A DNA stretch of 64,000 bases from Oculina patagonica. Lineage: Eukaryota. The notes under the pieces are model-generated. The model worked only from the letters and a program-made list of their open reading frames with translations, did no database searches and was not told where the DNA came from. The position numbers and the translations under genes were made by a program. Positions 57,527-64,000 of the stretch are shown piece after piece. The stretch covers positions 17,236,001 through 17,300,000 of the forward strand of contig NC_135763.1 in NCBI RefSeq assembly GCF_052425735.1, given 5' to 3'. Each line of letters opens with the position of its first letter. The first letter of the stretch is position 1.

Positions 57527-59587
57527 CATTACAAGAAACTATCATTGATAAGTTGTGCAGTTAAATTCAAAATGAATGCAGAATCTTTAAAGTAAAACTT
57601 ATTCCAGGTTTAAAATAACCAGACCTTGCTATAAAAGCGGTCAACTAGAGATCGTAGCCTCCGCTTACACTATTTGTACTTATTCAATTTAATACCTTGG
57701 TACATTAGAGAACTCACAATTAACAAACTTCAAAAAGTTCCAACAGACAATTTTCACATTTTCTCGAAATGGAACCAAGCCTGTCCATAAAAAGGCTATT
57801 TGTGGGAAGGTTAGACTATTAGCAAATTCAGCTGAGGCGCTCAAAGGTCTGGTTAGTGAGCTCACGATTGTAACTATAATGCCCGGTTTGATCATGTCTA
57901 GGTGCACATTATTTTAACAGCAAGACTAGATAGCCATAGACTGCTTCCAGGTATTTTTGCGAAGCATTAAAATGTATCGAATGTGAGGTATAGTAAGAAA
58001 ATACTTGAAAACAAACAATGCCTTTTTTCACCATGCCTTTACAGACGATCAGAAGCACCAAATATCTTGGTCCCGAACATTTTTTCAACGATGGAATTAT
58101 TCTTAATGCAAGCTTAAAACGAAACTACAAAAATCGTATTTACAAAATGTTTATAAACAAGAAGTTAAATATAGGTGATGCATAGGGCTCTCTTTCTTTT
58201 GTGCATTGCTGCGAGCACAAAAGATCGACTGCTCGCATTCTATTGACCCCTTGACTATAATTGCCGTGGGCAGATTTAGCGAGGGACCGCCTCCCCCTCC
58301 CACTTTTCCTTGGATTTGCTTAAAAAATGAAAGCGTCTTTCGAGAGTTTGTTGCGGGTACGGGACAAGGTTCCTACCTTGCCGAAATGTTTGCGGTCCCC
58401 CTTTCTGAATTTTCTAGATCTGCTCCTGAATTACTCTTCTAAATTATAATTTCCAGCCTGTGAATCTTGCCGCGAAATACTCTAGTACTAAAGGCTGACA
58501 AGTGTTTCGCGCTGAGTGAAGGGACACTGGACATAAGATTGCAAAAGAGGTTTGCTTTTGCCAACGAACTACGCTAAAGACATTTTGGGAAATTTGCTTG
58601 GCTTGGTGTACGATGACCCCCTCTCACATCCCCCCGTCAAGTTTCAAAACGCTCCGCCGTCTCAGTTACCGTATAATTCCAAAATAAACGACCCCCTGAA
58701 AGAAGTAACAATAAAATTTCACGTGTGTAAATTTTGCTGTTTATATTGGCCAGTACACTTAGCTACACCAAGCTAGTTCTCAGGCACGCCAGTCAAACTA
58801 AAACGAAACAATTATTTTGAATTATACATAATGAGCTTAAAAATGCCAACTGGCGGGACGGGCAGACCAGTTGGATATCTACAAGTATGACCGAGGATTT
58901 GAACTAGAGTCTTCGGAGAAACGACTCCAGGTGGTCAAAACGGACTTGAATCAGTATCACCGGGTTTCAAGTCCATCGCCCTAACCGCTCGGCAACGCTG
59001 CATCCACTAAAACGATCGATTGAAGTGTTTAGAAATAGGATACGGTATTCCATTAAAGGGTGTTTGACTTACTATGAAAGGGCAAGGGTTTGGACCTCAG
59101 GGTGGGACCTCCCGGTATAAACTCAACTCAAAGACGGTTGTAGAGGAGGTATTCTTCTAGATATAACCAGTTTTCTGGATTAGCTATTGACACTCATATC
59201 GATCTGCGCAAGCGTGTCTGTACTGATGAAAATCTTACATTGTGGCAAAAGATTTCATACGTCTAGGTATCGACCTTTTGTGTCAAGCTTGGCAAAGCAA
59301 GTAAACTTTAGTAAACTAAGGTGTTCTCAGTGCAGACATTAGAACCTCCGGTGTACTTTTTCCTACCACTAAAGCAATCGTAAACTCCGAATAGTGTTTG
59401 CATGAACACTCTCCCTCTTTAGTGAAAGTTTATATAACACCCACTCTCTTTTATGCTTCAGCTGCCCAAATCTCACGTAACATCTCTCCCCGTTCCTCTC
59501 CACTCCACCCCCCCCCCCCACCCCCACACACACCCTCACTGGTTCTCCAAAACCTACTTTCTCCTATAACTATTGCAAAGTTCTTGA

Positions 59588-61349
59588 TTACAGTGGAATT
59601 TGGACTCCAAGCCACCATTGCGTGGTAGCTTGATCATTTCGAACACACCGGTGATTTGGGTTGGCGGATCCGTAATGTCCAAAGCTGTCTTCGCTGTTTG
59701 TACTGTTTACCCACTGGACACAGTTGGCGCATCCGCATGACTGACCTACATCGCTCGCAATATGGTTGTGCTCATTATATACACCATAATACCTTGCTTT
59801 ACAATCCCTGCATTCAATACCTCGAATATTTATACGTTCAAATAACTTGCATCCGTTACTACCTACTAACTGAATATAAGAAAGTTTACCTCTTAAATAA
59901 TCAGTGTAACTAAATCCTTTGTCGAACTCACAAGTGGCTCTGACATGGGTCGAGTCAGAAAGGAGGTGTGTGCGCGCACTAAGGGACAAGCGGTGCTCAG
60001 AGAATTGAGGATCATTAGCCCTTATTGGCATGTCCGCCAAAAAATCGTTCTTAAAGTCATTCTTTTTTATCTTTTCAAAAGATTCTACCAGAGTCCAGAT
60101 AAAGCCCGGCTCGCTGGTGAAATCGCAGTATACGTTGAACCGCTCGGTATTGTTATGATTACTTATCTCATAGACTCCATTCTGCAACGAGCTGTCCGAG
60201 GCGTAATAGGAGGAACATGAATGCAACGTCAGCGTTGTCTCGCAAAAATTCCCTGTAAACCCAGCGACGCACGAGCAGGAAAACTTGACCGTGACGTTAT
60301 CACAGTGCTCTGTGCACAAGCCGCCATTCAAGCAAGGATTTGTCCTGCAACAGCCATTCATACAGCTTCCGGCAGCTTCCTGGGAAGGGAAAATAATGTG
60401 ATAAAAGGAAGTAAGCCAGGTGGAGACTTGGGCATGAGGTTAATTCGCGATATCCACAAGTTTGTATATTACACGTAATATTTATTTTTCCCTCATAAGA
60501 TATTTGTTTTTGTAGCACATTTTTCACTTTTGTATAACTCTGGATAAGTGCGGCTGAAGACAGACTCACAGTGCATTTATTCAAATCGGTTCTCCAATTC
60601 AGCTGATACTATCTTCAGTTTTGCCTGATAGACTCAACGTTTCTATCAGACGTTTTCTGAATTGGCTGTATTAAAACAATCAACTGTCGTTCAAATCTAT
60701 CGTAGCCTGGAACTAACAATGTCATCACCCAAGAGTGATACGATATGAAAGTGGACGTGTCAGGGGCGGATCCAGGGGGGGGGGGTGGGGGTGGATTGGG
60801 TGGCTAGCCTCCCCCCTTGATCCACAAGAAAAAAGACAATTAAGACATTTAAATAGAAAATAAGGACAATGACAGTCGATAAAGTTTTTAAACTTTAAAA
60901 AAATTATTGAAGTGAACGTGTGCAAATGGAATGCTTGAAGAAGTAAATGTGAACGCGAACAAAATAATGCTAAAATGAAAGTCTTTGTAGACAATTTTAC
61001 TCACATTCCTGTTGAGTTCTTGTTTCACATCAAAGTGTTTGTATCCTTGTACATCGTAAAAGTCACCAGAAGCGAGCAAGCGGTCTTGGTCCAGCAGTTC
61101 ACATCTTGTTCCTTCAACCTGAAAAGCCAAGCAACGGCAACTTGACACGCAGGCCGAAAGGCACTGGTGAGGGGCATACACAGTCACGTTTTGGAACGTG
61201 TGACCAATAAGAGCTTTGTTGACGATCACGTGATTTTCTTCCACGAAACTGCCTTTGTAGCACGTGCCAACACATGTAAAGTGTGCTTCCGCCGGAGAAG
61301 AAAAGGAGACGAGGATGACCATTACGAAAATAATATCTTGGGAAGGCAT
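59588..61349 (-). CDS. Secreted protein: signal peptide, PAN/Apple-like, EGF-like and fibrinogen-related-like domains (~378 aa)
   Basis: Coding exons 61349-61005 and 60379-59588 (phase 0); probable 5' UTR exon ending near 62943. Hydrophobic N-terminus; C..AC..SCRCLAFQ..CEL; CRTNPCLNGGLC..CSCVAGFTGNFC; SCSSY..GVYEI..VYCDFTSEPGFIWTLVES. Confidence 0.8.
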
Positions 61350-61549
61350 ATCTGCAAATTAAGAATATAAATACAATTAACTTTTTTTATGTTGTAGAAT
61401 AACAAAGCAATCTCAGGTTTGTTTCATCATCAATCCTTTTCGCGCTATTGGACGCATAAGGCCTCTCAGGTTTGTTTACCTTCCATAAAATTGGCAAAAA
61501 GGCGTTCTAGCTTTGGCTTGCCCACTCCCTTGCCGCTTGTTTATTTTAT

Positions 61550-61781
61550 ACGTTCGTTCGTTCGTTCGTTCGTTCGTTAGTTCGTCGTTCGTCGTTCGTC
61601 GTTCGTTCGTTCGTTCGTTCGTTCGTCAGTTCGTTTTTTCGTTTCTTCCTTTTTCGTTTGTTCGTTCGCTGTTTCGTTCGTTCGTTCGTTCGTTCGTTCG
61701 TTGTTTTTTTCGTTTGTTCGATCTCTTGTTCAATCGTTTGTTCGTTCGATCGTTCGTGCGTGCGTTCGTTCTTTCGTTCGA
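61550..61781. repeat. (TTCG)n degenerate microsatellite
   Basis: Direct reading of the sequence. Confidence 0.9.
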
Positions 61782-64000
61782 TTGGTTGGTGATAGCTCGT
61801 CATTTTGATTTCGTTTCGGAATACCTCGAGAAGATTGTTTTTGTACAATTTGGCACATTATGAGAGACGATACGAAAATACTTGGAAAGAATTTCTTTGC
61901 TCAGAATTCCACTTTTGTTAATACAAAATCTGCTGATAGTTCAATACGATATTCTAACTAAAAAAAATGTCTTGGAAACACCTCCACTGTGGATGGTTCA
62001 AGCGTAAGGTGGAGGACATAATACAAACAAAATGTCAAAAATATTCCATTTTTTATTTCTTCTGTTGCACTTCAGGGAATCGATTTCATGGAAAAGTAGC
62101 ATTGTTTTTTTTTTCTAACAAGAATGCGAATGATGTTGATGTTTTTTAAGACTATTCGTCAGAAACACCTGCAATTTTACACTGCTCGCGTCCTGCTGTG
62201 AGGAGCACTAGAGACTTCTGAAAAGTGATTTATGGCATTTATGATTGATGCACGTTCTGTTCTTTTAAGAAAAGTTGTTTCCAATAGAAAAAAATGTATC
62301 AAAAAGACAAAACTAAGCTCGAATATCTAACTTGAACTTTTAGTTGTTGTTGTTGTTATTGTTTTTATTTTTATTTTGCTCAGGAGTACGAACAGACGGT
62401 TTGCTTCAGTCTTGGTTTATCTACAAAATAAAACCCAGACAAACGATAATAGCTTACCTTACCAACATTAGAGACAAAAGAACTGTAAAATTGGAGAAAA
62501 ATTGTATAATTAACTAGTTTTTTGCTACCAGTCTCCCAAAAAATAAATCTTAACTTTGTTACCTTAAACATAGCCAAAATTGCAATTTTTAGGTTGAAAC
62601 TGTATGCTCAATAGTAACTTATCCAAAAACTGAAAAACGTTTCATAGCCTCAGATACTAAATCATTGCATAGCACGAACGGAAAATTTAAGTATTTCTTA
62701 ACCCTTCTATATTGCATGTATAGCGAAACGTTTTCGTGTAGAAGTTATCCATTTTAGCCTTCGAATTCAATTCGCCCTTATTTTGAGTTTCTATTATATT
62801 GATGATGTAATGGTATAAAGAATCATTTTCATGCACCTCAAAACTGTTTCCTATAGTTAAATGAATTGAAAATAAATATAAAGTACTCTTGGACACATTA
62901 ATACTTTTTTTTCTGCTATCTAGTAAGAAAATGAATTCTTACCTGTACAGATAGCTTTTGATGGTCAAGATGCGGTGTTTGTGTTTGTTCGAATGGGAAA
63001 GGTTTATTTTCCTGTCCTGTTTTCACCTAAATATCGAGTTCATGAATCATTAATTAAAGCCTCCTTTAGCTCTGTTTAATGTTTTTTAATTAGTTAAAGT
63101 AGCGACTTCTTTCACATAAAACAACTGATTCATCAGTTTTTTTGTTCGACGGCTGCACAGCAAAACAAGGATTTACTCTCATTTGCAAACACCTGGCCTC
63201 AGAGCAAAACAAGCAAAACAAGCAAAACAAGCAAAACAACGTTACCTCTTAGGTGAAGAACCTAACGTAATACAACATCTCAATCCGTGAACAATTTGTT
63301 TTTCGTACAGCTAATTGTTTTCCTGTTTACATTCTCATGATATTTCAAAGTTTCAATGACAAGAAAATAAGGAAACGTGTAACTACGTTGTAAGTATTGT
63401 TAATAGCTCGTCCTCTCTTTTAGGTACTGGGCCAAACATTGCATTTGCGTTTTGGAAAACTAACAATTTCATCAAGCCTTAATTGTCCAAATTCGTGGAG
63501 AAAGCGAAAAAAGGGCAAGTGCTGTTTGCATTAAAGGCGATGATACCGAATAAGGTTACGATAAAATGTTTTCAGACCATTTATTCAATTCTTATTTGCA
63601 TCATGGAGTACGAAATACAAACAAAAGCATGCGTTGTTATCGAAAACAAGCCCACGTTTAAAATATTATGCTGCTGCCGCTTGTACAAAAAAAATATAAC
63701 GGCATGCTTGCTGTTTGGACATCTCAGTGTTTTCTTATAAAGCGAACAAAGTCTCTATTTGATTTTTTTCTTCACTTAAGATCGTGTTGTTTTGGAAACT
63801 TGATTCCCATCTGTTATAGTCACGGCTTGTAATCTTTTTAATCGTATCTATAACAGAATCATCTGTTTTGATTGGTTCTGTGTGCCTATTTGTCGCGTAG
63901 TTGGCACGCGATCACGTGGGTGTCCAATTACAGGTATCCAATTTGAGCAACTTTATAAAATTGGATACCTGCAATTGGACACCTACGCCATTCGCGCTTC

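Noticed and set aside
61513-61863. ORFs of 116 and 100 aa
   Set aside because: Translations of the (TTCG)n microsatellite.

Overview
Eukaryotic, intron-rich, AT-rich, repeat-dense animal DNA. The gene and repeat content suggest a cnidarian, probably a stony coral (inference). I assembled spliced gene models by hand from GT-AG junctions and reading phase. Host genes: two intronless BTB-BACK-PHR (BTBD3/6-like) paralogs (3072-4421 and 25996-27324); a 9-exon stand-alone ACAD10/11-type APH-fold kinase (7353-19296); a 3-exon GLD2/TENT2-like nucleotidyltransferase (43977-29938, minus) head-to-head with a complete 12-exon CDK8/19 gene (44707-55859); and a secreted PAN-EGF-FReD-like gene (61349-59588, minus). 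The standout is a complete 10.7-kb CACTA/EnSpm-type transposon (32708-43412) inside intron 1 of the GLD2-like gene. It has CACTCTTAAA terminal inverted repeats, a CAT target-site duplication and subterminal motif arrays. It carries two intact, spliced, divergently transcribed genes: an 885-aa zinc-finger DDE transposase and a 534-aa protein with a nuclear localisation signal and a SAM domain. The window also holds many MITEs with clear TSDs, three types of tRNA-derived SINE, and LINE, Harbinger and Penelope remnants.
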